A stretch of 64,000 nucleotides of DNA from Nitrospirota bacterium. GTDB taxonomy: Bacteria; Nitrospirota; Thermodesulfovibrionia; Thermodesulfovibrionales; UBA9159. The notes under the pieces are model-generated. The model did no database searches. It was not told where the DNA came from and saw nothing but the letters and a program-made list of their open reading frames with translations. How positions within the stretch are numbered: position 1 is the first letter of the stretch; each line of letters opens with the position of its first letter. Positions 10,492 through 19,241 of this stretch are shown here, in pieces. The stretch covers positions 26,965 to 90,964 of the forward strand of contig CAVOUE010000007.1 in the NCBI GenBank assembly GCA_963699545.1, read 5' to 3'. The position numbers were made by a program, and so were the translations under genes.

Positions 10492-10631
10492 CTTCCTCTG
10501 GGTCCTCTTTTTCAGCGAAGAGCTCCTCTAATGCCTTCTTGTCCTCGCCCGACTCCTTCTCGTGGAGGTAGATCTTCAGATCCCTTTCCAGTTCGGAAAG
10601 GTCCTCCGGTGCACCCTCCCTTCTCTTTTCC

Positions 10632-10886
10632 TCAAGGAGTTTCCTGTAGTCGAACTTCTTTGGCCTCTTCCCTTGCCTTTCTCGCTTCCTCTCCCGTGAG
10701 GAACTCCAGGGTGCCGTTGATCGCCTCTTCAATAGCGATGGTGGTTACCTTCTTCGCCTTTGTCGGAATCTTCGCCTTTGCTCCCAGGGAGAGCTCCCTT
10801 GCCCTCTGGGCAGCGATGGTGGCAAGCCTGTATTTCCCGTCAATCTTCTTTTTGTCCAGTTCCGCAGGTAATGAAATAAGGTCCAT
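10632..10886 (-). CDS. rpoZ: DNA-directed RNA polymerase subunit omega
   Basis: 84-aa ORF: KYRLATIAAQRARELSLGAK is the omega signature. It sits between gmk and coaBC as in many bacteria, with an AGGAGG RBS upstream. It may continue into the charged ORF 10478..10732 (see findings). Confidence 0.8.
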   Translation of the reverse strand: MDLISLPAELDKKKIDGKYRLATIAAQRARELSLGAKAKIPTKAKKVTTIAIEEAINGTLEFLTGEEARKAREEAKEVRLQETP

Positions 10887-10895
10887 CTCTTCCTC

Positions 10896-11524
10896 CTAAA
10901 TCTCGAAAATTTTCCTTCACCCATTTCGGGTCTGTCTTATCCGTTTTCTCGTCCTCTGCAAGGACAATGGCCTTAAGCTCCGTCAGCGCCTCACTGAAGT
11001 CATTGTTTACTATAACATAATCGTACGCATTTATAGTCCTTTATTTCTTCAGTAGCCTTCTTCAGCCGCAGGTCGATCTCCTCGGCTGAATTGGACATCC
11101 GTCTTTTCCAGTCTCTCCTTCAGGGCATCCAAGGAGGGCGGCAGGATAAAAATGTATACGCCGTCATCGTAGCTGCTCCCGTATCTCTTTGGCTCCCTGA
11201 GTATCAATGTCAAGGATAACATCTATGCCTTCGTTTCCCTCAGCTCTTCCAGCCTCGTTTTTTGGATGTGCCGTAAAGATGGCCGTGGACCTTTGCCCAT
11301 TCCGCAAATTCGTTCCTCTTCGCCATCTTCCGGAACTCATCCTCACTCACAAAAGTGTAGTCCCTGTCATTCACTTCACCTTTGCGGGGCGGCCTCGTGG
11401 TATAGGAGACGGAGTGACGGATATTCGGGACAACAGCGGTCAGCTTCTGGCAAAGGGAGGTCTTTCCGGCACCCGAAGGCGCAGAGACTATAAAGAGGTT
11501 CCCCCTACGCTTCCTCACCGTCAT
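10896..11524 (-). pseudogene. gmk: Guanylate kinase Gmk, at least five frame breaks as assembled
   Basis: The N-terminus reads [47 protein letters not shown] (P-loop and GMP-binding motifs, ORF 11240..11524). Homologous segments LEELR / GNEGIDVILDIDTQGAKEIREQL / GVYIFILPPSLDALKERLE / SNSAEEIDLRLKKATEEIKDY / YDYVIVNNDFSEALTELKAIV lie in alternating frames. The 3' end is uncertain. Confidence 0.8.
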
Positions 11525-11820
11525 CTGCCGGGCTCTTCTGGTTTCTTTGGGTTCCCTCTTCTTTCCCTTCGACGAACCTCTGGGTTATGGTCTCGGCCTG
11601 GAGGGCACTCAGTATTATATGGTCGCTGTCCGTTATGATAATGGAGCGTGTTCGCCTTCCCTCGGTGGCGTCCACGAGCTTGCCCCTCTTCTTGGCCTCC
11701 TCCCTCAGCCGTTTCATGGGAGAAGAGCCCGGGGGTCACGATGGCAATAACCCTTGCAGCAGAAACCACATTGCCAAAACCTATGTTCACCAGTACCGGA
11801 CTGATATCCCCTCTCTTCAT
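11505..11820 (-). pseudogene. remA: RemA/DUF370 family regulator, one frame break as assembled
   Basis: [31 protein letters not shown] (frame of ORF 11521..11868, ATG at 11820) continues as [47 protein letters not shown] (frame of ORF 11505..11717). The switch is at the CCCGGGGG run 11728-11735. Confidence 0.75.
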
Positions 11821-11857
11821 CGTCTTCCCTCGGTATTCAGTATAAAAGGTAAGTACC

Positions 11858-12712
11858 TTACTGTACATTCTGTGCCTGTTCTCTCATCTTTTCAAGCTCG
11901 GATTTCATTTCAACGGTGATACTTGAGATCCTGTAGTCGTCCGCCTTGGAAGCTATCGTGTTCACTTCCCTGTTCAGTTCCTGGAGGAGAAATTCCACCT
12001 TTCTTCCTATTGTATCACCATCAGAAAGAATTTTCCTCATCTGCGAACAATGGGAGGCAACCCGCGACATCTCTTCGCTGATGTCAGCTTTTTCCGCCAT
12101 GATCGCGGCCTCCTGAAGCACTCTGTTTTCGTCAAACTTCAGATCACCGAAAAGAGCAGCAAGCCTTTCCCTGAACCTCTTCCCGCACTCATTCACCACA
12201 GCAGGGCAGAGCAGTGCAACCTCCCCGTTCAACCGCTCCAGCCGGTCCAGTCTCGAAAGCATGTCCTTTGAGATGCTCTCCCCTTCCCCGTATCTCATGG
12301 CCCTGAGCTTTTCCATGGCTTCACGGAAGGCTGCATACAGGGGTTCCGGATCGTATTCCACTTCTTCCGAAAGGATGAGCTCTCTGAACCCTGCGATGGT
12401 CTCCATTCCTATGGAACCCTCAAGTGAGAGATCATCTTTGAGAGAACGCAGGGCGTTGTAAATCTCCCTCGCCAACCCCGTATCAATCCTGACCTTCGTG
12501 TTACCCTCATGGATGATGGACACCAGGATATCGAATCTCCCCCTCGAAAAGTTCTCCCTCACCATGTTCCTGAGGGGCATCTCATACTGGTTCAGATTCT
12601 GGGGCAGCTTGATGGATATGTCCAGAAACCTGTGGTTCACCGAGCGCATCTCCACCTTAAAGGCGCCCTTCTCTGCGGACCCGAAACCCGTCATGCTCTG
12701 CATCATGGACAT
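11858..12712 (-). CDS. yicC: YicC/YloC family stress-induced protein
   Basis: 284-aa ORF: MTGFGSAEKGAFKVEMRSVNHRFLDISIKLP ... EFLLQELNREVNTIASKA, N- and C-terminal YicC signatures. Canonical position upstream of remA-gmk. Confidence 0.87.
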   Translation of the reverse strand: MSMMQSMTGFGSAEKGAFKVEMRSVNHRFLDISIKLPQNLNQYEMPLRNMVRENFSRGRFDILVSIIHEGNTKVRIDTGLAREIYNALRSLKDDLSLEGSIGMETIAGFRELILSEEVEYDPEPLYAAFREAMEKLRAMRYGEGESISKDMLSRLDRLERLNGEVALLCPAVVNECGKRFRERLAALFGDLKFDENRVLQEAAIMAEKADISEEMSRVASHCSQMRKILSDGDTIGRKVEFLLQELNREVNTIASKADDYRISSITVEMKSELEKMREQAQNVQ

Positions 12713-12735
12713 TAACTATAGAACAGCCCGCATAT

Positions 12736-14118
12736 TTAGTCAAACCGCCGCGGCGACCCCGCGCCGAACGTGGAGAACAAGCAGAAAAAGAATGGCACTA
12801 CGCCGTGAAGAATCTTCGGGCTCTTTATTCCCGCCGTGGCATTCCTTGTGTCGACAACAAGCCTGCTGTGTCTCACTATGGACTCGTAATCATAGGAGGA
12901 ATGATCGGTGGAGATCACCACGCAATCGTACTTTTTGAGATTCCGCGGGGTAAGGGGGACCGAGCTCATCTTGAAATCATACCTTCGCATCCTGTGGGTT
13001 CTCGGCACATGGGGGTCATTGTAGTCCACCGCAGCCCCCTTTTCCGTCAGGAGCTCTATCAGCTTAAGGGAAGGCGATTCCCTCACATCGTCCACATCCT
13101 TCTTGTAGGCAAGGCCTACGATCAATATCCTTGCCCCCTTCATCCCCTTTCCCCCGGCATTCAGGGCATCAACGATCCTGCCTACCACATAGTAGGGCAT
13201 AAAGGTATTGATCTCCCCTGCAAGCTCTATGAACCGTGTATTGAAGTCATACTTGCGCGCCTTCCATGTGAGATAAAAGGGGTCGATAGGAATGCAGTGT
13301 CCCCCGAGCCCCGGACCGGGATAGAATGGCATGAACCCGAAAGGCTTGGTGGAAGCGGTCCGGATGACCTCCCACACATCGATCCCCATCCTGTCGAAGA
13401 GCATTTTAAGCTCGTTCACAAGGGCAATGTTCACCGAACGGAAGATATTCTCAAAGAGCTTTGCAGCCTCGGCAACCCTGGTGGACCCAACAGGGACGGT
13501 GGTCACGACCGTGTCATAGAGCGCCTTTGCAACCTTCAGACAGTTCGCGGTATACCCCCCCACCACTTTCGGTATCCTGGCGGTGGAAAAGTCCTGATTG
13601 CCGGGATCTTCCCTTTCAGGGGAGTAGGCGAGGGAAAAATCCCTGCCTGCCTTGAGCCCTGATTCCTCCAGTATCTGTCTCATATCATCGTCCGTCGTGC
13701 CGGGGTACGTGGTGGATTCGAGGACTATGAGCTGGTCTCTACGGAGATATTTCGTGATCGTCCTGGTGGTTTCGAACACGTAGCTGAGATCCGGTTCTCT
13801 GTATTGATCCAGCGGTGTGGGCACACAGATGAGGATGCATTCCATATTCCTTAGCCTGGCAAAATCATTTGTAGGCGCAAACCTCTTCGACCTGTTCATT
13901 TCTGCTATCGTCTCTGCACTGATATGCTTGATATAGGTCTTGCTTTTGCTCAGGAGCTTCACCTTCTGCGGGTCGACATCAAAACCGGTTACGCAAAATC
14001 CTGCCCTTACAAACTCCCTCACGAGAGGAAGTCCCACATACCCCAGGCCGATGATGCCGACCCTCGCGGTCCTTTTCGTGATCTTTTCAAGAGTTTTCAC
14101 CGTGTTATTGTAACCCAA
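12736..14118 (-). CDS. UDP-N-acetyl-hexosamine / nucleotide-sugar 6-dehydrogenase (UDP-glucose/GDP-mannose dehydrogenase family)
   Basis: 460-aa ORF with a Rossmann N-terminus (VGIIGLGYVGLPL), a catalytic GGHCIPIDP motif and the ARILIVGLAYKKDVDDVRESP C-terminal domain. The last roughly 25 aa (hydrophobic, FFFCLFSTF) look atypical, so the 3' end may be affected by an indel. Confidence 0.83.
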   Translation of the reverse strand: MGYNNTVKTLEKITKRTARVGIIGLGYVGLPLVREFVRAGFCVTGFDVDPQKVKLLSKSKTYIKHISAETIAEMNRSKRFAPTNDFARLRNMECILICVPTPLDQYREPDLSYVFETTRTITKYLRRDQLIVLESTTYPGTTDDDMRQILEESGLKAGRDFSLAYSPEREDPGNQDFSTARIPKVVGGYTANCLKVAKALYDTVVTTVPVGSTRVAEAAKLFENIFRSVNIALVNELKMLFDRMGIDVWEVIRTASTKPFGFMPFYPGPGLGGHCIPIDPFYLTWKARKYDFNTRFIELAGEINTFMPYYVVGRIVDALNAGGKGMKGARILIVGLAYKKDVDDVRESPSLKLIELLTEKGAAVDYNDPHVPRTHRMRRYDFKMSSVPLTPRNLKKYDCVVISTDHSSYDYESIVRHSRLVVDTRNATAGIKSPKILHGVVPFFFCLFSTFGAGSPRRFD

Positions 14119-14195
14119 AACAGCCTCAGAATTGTATATGCCCCGTTTCCCGGCAAACTATGCTCGGGTCAATGACAACGAAAGCGTCAGGGTCG

Positions 14196-14225
14196 TTGAC
14201 TTTTTGGGCATGGATAGTGTTTAAT
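14196..14225 (+). promoter_or_regulatory. Candidate sigma70-type promoter for rplU-rpmA
   Basis: TTGACT (14196-14201), 18-nt spacer, TTTAAT (14220-14225), about 25 nt upstream of the rplU ATG. Consensus match only. Confidence 0.3.
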
Positions 14226-14249
14226 ATTTATCTCGGAGGTGACAGTGGT

Positions 14250-14567
14250 ATGTACGCGATCATAGAGACGGGCGGAAAACAGTATAAGGTTTCATCGGGA
14301 AACACGGTAAAGGTCGACCTCATTTCGTCCGAGCCAGGGGCGATTCTGGATATAGAGAAAGTTCTCGCCATCGTGGACGGTTCCAAGACGGTCGTCGGGA
14401 CGCCCTATGTAAAAGGGGCTGAGGTGAAGGCTGAAGTGCTCGGCGCAGGAAAAGCCAGAAAGGTGCTTGTCTACAGGAAGAGAGCCCGGAGGGTGTACGA
14501 GAAACTGAACGGCCACCGGCAGTCTTTCACCACGCTGAAGATCAAAGAAGTAACGTTTGGAGGATAG
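14250..14567 (+). CDS. rplU: 50S ribosomal protein L21
   Basis: [23 protein letters not shown]... starting at the ATG at 14250, preceded by GGAGGTG. The track ORF's 30-aa upstream extension has no homology. Confidence 0.95.
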   Translation: MYAIIETGGKQYKVSSGNTVKVDLISSEPGAILDIEKVLAIVDGSKTVVGTPYVKGAEVKAEVLGAGKARKVLVYRKRARRVYEKLNGHRQSFTTLKIKEVTFGG

Positions 14568-14569
14568 AC

Positions 14570-14845
14570 ATGGCACATAAGAAAGGTGTTGGAAGTTCGA
14601 GAAACGGCCGTGACAGCCAGTCACAGCGCCTCGGAGTAAAGAGGTTCGGCGGGCAGTTCGTGAAGGCCGGGAATATTCTCGTGAGGCAGAGGGGTACCCA
14701 GTTCCATCCGGGAAATAATGTGGCAAAAGGGAGAGACGACACCCTTTTTGCCCTGGTCGACGGAATTGTGACCTTTGAGCGGAAGGACAGGGATCGTCTG
14801 AAGATAAGCGTGTATCCTGCTGCGGCGCAACCGGTCGCGAGCTAG
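14570..14845 (+). CDS. rpmA: 50S ribosomal protein L27
   Basis: [51 protein letters not shown] is the canonical L27 sequence. Confidence 0.97.
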   Translation: MAHKKGVGSSRNGRDSQSQRLGVKRFGGQFVKAGNILVRQRGTQFHPGNNVAKGRDDTLFALVDGIVTFERKDRDRLKISVYPAAAQPVAS

Positions 14846-14870
14846 CGTTCCTCCCACATCTCACAACGTA

Positions 14871-14897
14871 AAGGCGGTGGAAAACCGCCTTTTTTTG
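14871..14897 (+). terminator. Rho-independent terminator after rpmA
   Basis: GGCGGT (14873-14878), loop GGAAA, ACCGCC (14884-14889), followed by T7 (14890-14896). Confidence 0.6.
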
Positions 14898-15022
14898 TTA
14901 CAGATTTCTTACCCGCCCGTTCCCCCCACATAGGTCGGCTTCCCCTCGATACGATGGAATGGTTATTTTCCTGTCAATGCCGCAAAGAGTATAATGAAGA
15001 CACGGGAAAGGCAGGTGCGCTC

Positions 15023-16042
15023 ATGCAGTTCGTTGATTACGTAAGGATACAAGTGAAGGCCGGTGACGGCGGGAGAGGCTGTGTCAGCTTCCGGAGGGAG
15101 AAGTACGTTCCGAAGGGCGGGCCCAACGGGGGCGACGGAGGCAAGGGCGGACACATCATCATACGAGCGGTGGGACAACTGAATACCCTCTTGGACCTGA
15201 GATATCGCCGCCACTACAAGGCACAGAGAGGACAGCACGGCATGGGGAAGAACATGCACGGGAAAGATGGTGACGATCTCATCATCCCCGTCCCTCCGGG
15301 AACAACGGTAAAGGACGAAGGGACAGGAGATATCCTCGCCGACCTTGATGCTGCAGGCAAAGAAGTGATCGCGGCAAAAGCCGGGAGGGGCGGACAGGGG
15401 AATGCCCATTTCGCAACTCCCACAAGACAGGCGCCGAAGTTTGCACAACCGGGGGAAAAGGGAGAGGAAAAGACCCTCGTCATCGAATTGAAGCTTCTTG
15501 CCGATGTTGGCCTGGTCGGACTTCCCAATGCGGGCAAGTCCACGTTCATATCGGTCATATCAGCGGCAAAACCAAAGATCGCCGATTACCCCTTCACTAC
15601 CCTTGAGCCGAACCTGGGGGTCGTGAAACTCGAGGATTTCAGAAGTTTTGTTGTTGCGGATATCCCCGGTCTCATAGAAGGAGCGCATACCGGAGCGGGT
15701 CTCGGATTCCAGTTCCTCAGACACGTGGAGCGCACCTCCGTGCTCCTCCATCTGGTGGATATTTCCGGGATGTCGCCCGGCGACCCGGTGGAGAACCTTG
15801 AGAAGATAAACACGGAGCTTGAGCTTTACAGTGAAAGGCTTCTCGAAAAGCCGCAGATGGTGGTTGCCACAAAACTGGATATCGCTGACGAGAACAAGCT
15901 TGACAGACTTTCGGATTACTGCAAGAATAACAGGACCGCTTTTTTCGCGGTATCCGCAGCCACTGGGAAAGGGGTGAAGGAGCTCATACGTTATGTTGCG
16001 GCAAAGCTGGAGAGGTCTCGTGAGAAGAAACTCGATGAGTGA
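15023..16042 (+). CDS. obg: GTPase Obg/CgtA
   Basis: MQFVDYVRIQVKAGDGGRGCVSFRREKYVPKGGPNGGDGGKGG (Obg fold) followed by G motifs GLPNAGKST, DIPGLIEGA, TKLD. I use the ATG at 15023, not the track start. Confidence 0.95.
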   Translation: MQFVDYVRIQVKAGDGGRGCVSFRREKYVPKGGPNGGDGGKGGHIIIRAVGQLNTLLDLRYRRHYKAQRGQHGMGKNMHGKDGDDLIIPVPPGTTVKDEGTGDILADLDAAGKEVIAAKAGRGGQGNAHFATPTRQAPKFAQPGEKGEEKTLVIELKLLADVGLVGLPNAGKSTFISVISAAKPKIADYPFTTLEPNLGVVKLEDFRSFVVADIPGLIEGAHTGAGLGFQFLRHVERTSVLLHLVDISGMSPGDPVENLEKINTELELYSERLLEKPQMVVATKLDIADENKLDRLSDYCKNNRTAFFAVSAATGKGVKELIRYVAAKLERSREKKLDE

Positions 16043-16076
16043 TAGTGACCAAGGTATTTTTTTCAGGAGCTGACAG

Positions 16077-17174
16077 TTGAAAAGGCTTGTCATAAAGATA
16101 GGCAGCAACATCCTCACTTCGGATAATAACGGTCTTGACCTTGAGAGGATGCAGTCCCTCACCGACGACATATCCTCCGTCAGGGATGCAGGGTATGAGG
16201 TGGTCATCGTCTCTTCAGGAGCTGTAGCCGCAGGGATGAAGAAACTCGAACTAAAGGAAAAACCGAAGGACATCATCCTCAAACAGGCGGCTGCGGCAGT
16301 GGGCCAGAGCAGCCTTATGTGGGCATATGAAAAATGCTTCGGAGTCCACGGCAGGAAGGTCGCGCAGATACTGCTGACCCGTGATGATTTTGCTGACAGG
16401 AAAAGATATATTAATTCAAGGAATACCCTTCTCACCCTGCTCTCTTATGACGTCATACCGATCATCAATGAGAATGACAGCGTGGCCACCGACGAGATAC
16501 GTTTTGGCGACAATGACAGTCTTGCATCTCTGGTTGCCGGTCTCATTGATGCAGAGCGGTTCATCATCCTCTCTGATGTGGATGGGCTGTTCGACGACGA
16601 CCCGACGATAAACCCGGAGGCAAAACTCATAAAGGTGGTAACAAAAATCACTCCTGATCTCGAAAGAAAGGCCGGCGGACCGGGGTCTGCTGTAGGAACA
16701 GGCGGGATGTTTTCGAAGCTCCTTGCAGCAAAGAGGGCGTTGCATCATGGCATCGCGGTAAACATAGTCAACGGAAGGACAAAAGGAGTTCTCTCTTCAC
16801 TTCTGGAAGGAGCTCACCATGGCACCGAGTTCAGGCCGCAAGAAACAAGGCTCTCCTCAAAGAAAGGCTGGATAGCCTATGCCTGCAGGACAAAGGGGAG
16901 CATTACCGTTGATGAGGGAGCGGCGAAGGCTTTGATCCGGGGGGGAAAGAGCCTTCTCCCGTCAGGGATCGTCTCATGGTCAGGAAGCTTTGAGGCAGGA
17001 GATGCGGTCTATTGCCTTGACCCGGGCGGCAAGCGCATCGCAAAAGGGCTGACGAACTATTCTTCCGCAGAGATAGAGAAGATCAAAGGGAAGAAGACTT
17101 CAGAGATAGAGGGCATACTGGGATACCAGTACTCCGATGAAGTTATCCACCGGGACAACCTCGTACTGGTGTAG
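16077..17174 (+). CDS. proB: Glutamate 5-kinase ProB (with PUA domain)
   Basis: 365-aa ORF (TTG start): KRLVIKIGSNILT, VVIVSSGAVAAG, IPIINENDSVATDEIRFGDNDSLA, then a C-terminal PUA-like region. Confidence 0.92.
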   Translation: MKRLVIKIGSNILTSDNNGLDLERMQSLTDDISSVRDAGYEVVIVSSGAVAAGMKKLELKEKPKDIILKQAAAAVGQSSLMWAYEKCFGVHGRKVAQILLTRDDFADRKRYINSRNTLLTLLSYDVIPIINENDSVATDEIRFGDNDSLASLVAGLIDAERFIILSDVDGLFDDDPTINPEAKLIKVVTKITPDLERKAGGPGSAVGTGGMFSKLLAAKRALHHGIAVNIVNGRTKGVLSSLLEGAHHGTEFRPQETRLSSKKGWIAYACRTKGSITVDEGAAKALIRGGKSLLPSGIVSWSGSFEAGDAVYCLDPGGKRIAKGLTNYSSAEIEKIKGKKTSEIEGILGYQYSDEVIHRDNLVLV

Positions 17175-17214
17175 GCATTCTCTGTGCTGCACTTCTCATG
17201 GCATACTGCAAGGG

Positions 17215-19173
17215 TTACTGCTGCATCTCAGGCGCCGCAGAGACATTCGACTCACGTCGGGCAAGCAATCTCTGCACGAGGTAGAACTTCCATACAAAAT
17301 GATGAAGGTCTTTTCGGCCATACTGGGACATTGCCAATGGAATCGGAGAGTCTTTGTGCCGTATCCAGCTCTCAATCGGTGTCGCAAAGCCGATCTTGTC
17401 TTTCCTCCACACTATCTTCTCCGGCAGTAGATCCCTCATTGCCAGTCTGAGGAGCCATTTGCTCCATCCGTTGTAGATTTTATATAGGGAAGGGATCCCC
17501 GACACATATTCAACCAACCTATGGTCAACAAAAGGCACACGGTTTTCTACGGAAAACGCTGACGCATTTCTGTCATCGTCCTTAAGAAGTTCCCTCAAGT
17601 AATCCCTCGTTATATCGCAATGGAGCAGATAATTCAATGATCTCGTCCGGTCTATCATCCTCCTGACGCCGCTCTCCCCACAATCTAATTCCCCCAGGAG
17701 ATGCTCAATGTGTTTAAATTGTTTCCTATTCCTTACGTTGAAGATAAATTCCTTAAGACTGCCAGGAATGAATGCATGATAGCCGCCCATTACACAATCA
17801 GAAAAAGAGCGCTTGAGACCATACCGTTTTCTTTCCCCTGACAAAGACGGACAAAGGTCTTTCAAACGCATTTTTCTTATCATGTCAGCCAAATAGACCG
17901 GTTCGTATTGGGGGTACCCTCCAAAAAGTTCATCGCTCCCCTGGCCGTTTAATACCACCTTGACATGGCGCGATGCCAGACGCATAACGTCCCACCCTGC
18001 ATAGACGTTCGTGTTTTTGCAGAGTTCGTCATGATAGAACAGGAAACTTTCCAGTTCCTTCCACAACCCGTCTGCTGTGGGATAAACGAAAAAACCTTCA
18101 ACGCCGGTGTGTTTGATTACTTCTTCCGCATAACGTTTCTCATCGATACAAGGGTTGTCAAAGGATGCGGTGAAGGTCTTCTGTTTTTGCCCTATTGCGT
18201 TTTCATCAATCGCCCCTTCCTTTAACAGCCCGTTGATAATGGCCACAATAGACGAGGAATCCAACCCTCCTGAGAGACAGCTTCCGACAGGAACATCCGA
18301 TATCAACCGCACTCTTACCGCGTCAATGAGCAACTCCCTGATGTCATCAGCATATTTATAGGCCTGTCGCTCATCATATCTGCCTAATTCATTGGTATAG
18401 GGCAATTCATAGTATTTCTTGATCGAAATACCCTGTCTGTCCAGATCAAAAGTAAGGTTGTGTGAGGGCAGGAGTTGATAAATCCCTTTGTACATATTCT
18501 CTTCTGAATGGTGCATCATATGGAACACGATCAATTCAAACATCAACTCTCTGTTGATCTCCCTCTGCACGAACGGTATTCTCAGCAGTGCCTTTATTTC
18601 CGAAGCAAAGGCAAAATGTTCGCCGTCAAACCAGTAATAAAAAGGCTTAATCCCAAATCTGTCTCTTGAACAAAACAACCTTTTCTTTCTCTTGTCATAG
18701 ATGCAGAACGCCCATTGACCATTGAATCTGTTGACACAGTCCTCCCCCCATTTTGAGTATGCAGCAAGTATAACCTCTGTGTCGGTCCCGGAAGAAAAGT
18801 TGTATCCCGAACCCTGCAATTCCCTTCTTAGTTCCTTATAATTGAAGATCTCGCCATTGTATGTAATCCAGAGATTGCCATTGTCAAAACTCATGGGCTG
18901 ATGGCCCTTTGACGATATATCGATGATTGCCAGTCTTCTCTGTCCCAGTACGACAGGGTGGCCGGATGCATTCACATCCAGTATATCCTTACATCTTTCT
19001 TTCGTTTCCGGACTTGAGTTGTCACCAGAAGCCTCGATAAAACTATTACCCGCCGCATTGAGGAACACGTACCCTTCATCATCAGGACCTCTGTGCTTAA
19101 TGGAGTCCAGCGCTTCCTTAATCGTTGCGTTCCTAGGTAAAGCCGGCGAAAAGATACCTATTATTCCGCACAT
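17215..19173 (-). CDS. Asparagine synthase (glutamine-hydrolysing) family amidotransferase, AsnB-like
   Basis: 652-aa ORF beginning MCGIIGIF (Ntn glutaminase Cys2), with NGEIFNYKELR and the PP-loop SCLSGGLDSS of the synthetase domain. Confidence 0.87.
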   Translation of the reverse strand: MCGIIGIFSPALPRNATIKEALDSIKHRGPDDEGYVFLNAAGNSFIEASGDNSSPETKERCKDILDVNASGHPVVLGQRRLAIIDISSKGHQPMSFDNGNLWITYNGEIFNYKELRRELQGSGYNFSSGTDTEVILAAYSKWGEDCVNRFNGQWAFCIYDKRKKRLFCSRDRFGIKPFYYWFDGEHFAFASEIKALLRIPFVQREINRELMFELIVFHMMHHSEENMYKGIYQLLPSHNLTFDLDRQGISIKKYYELPYTNELGRYDERQAYKYADDIRELLIDAVRVRLISDVPVGSCLSGGLDSSSIVAIINGLLKEGAIDENAIGQKQKTFTASFDNPCIDEKRYAEEVIKHTGVEGFFVYPTADGLWKELESFLFYHDELCKNTNVYAGWDVMRLASRHVKVVLNGQGSDELFGGYPQYEPVYLADMIRKMRLKDLCPSLSGERKRYGLKRSFSDCVMGGYHAFIPGSLKEFIFNVRNRKQFKHIEHLLGELDCGESGVRRMIDRTRSLNYLLHCDITRDYLRELLKDDDRNASAFSVENRVPFVDHRLVEYVSGIPSLYKIYNGWSKWLLRLAMRDLLPEKIVWRKDKIGFATPIESWIRHKDSPIPLAMSQYGRKDLHHFVWKFYLVQRLLARRESNVSAAPEMQQ

Positions 19174-19241
19174 CTTACTATCCTCTCTCTTTCCACAACC
19201 TCTTTTTGTCCATGGTTATTGAGAATGAACCTTATCTTATG

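Noticed and set aside
10896-11524. Programmed ribosomal frameshifting to explain the split genes
   Set aside because: The breaks occur in both directions, number five or more within one 630-nt gene, lack slippery-heptamer plus structure contexts, and affect unrelated housekeeping genes that are never frameshift-regulated.
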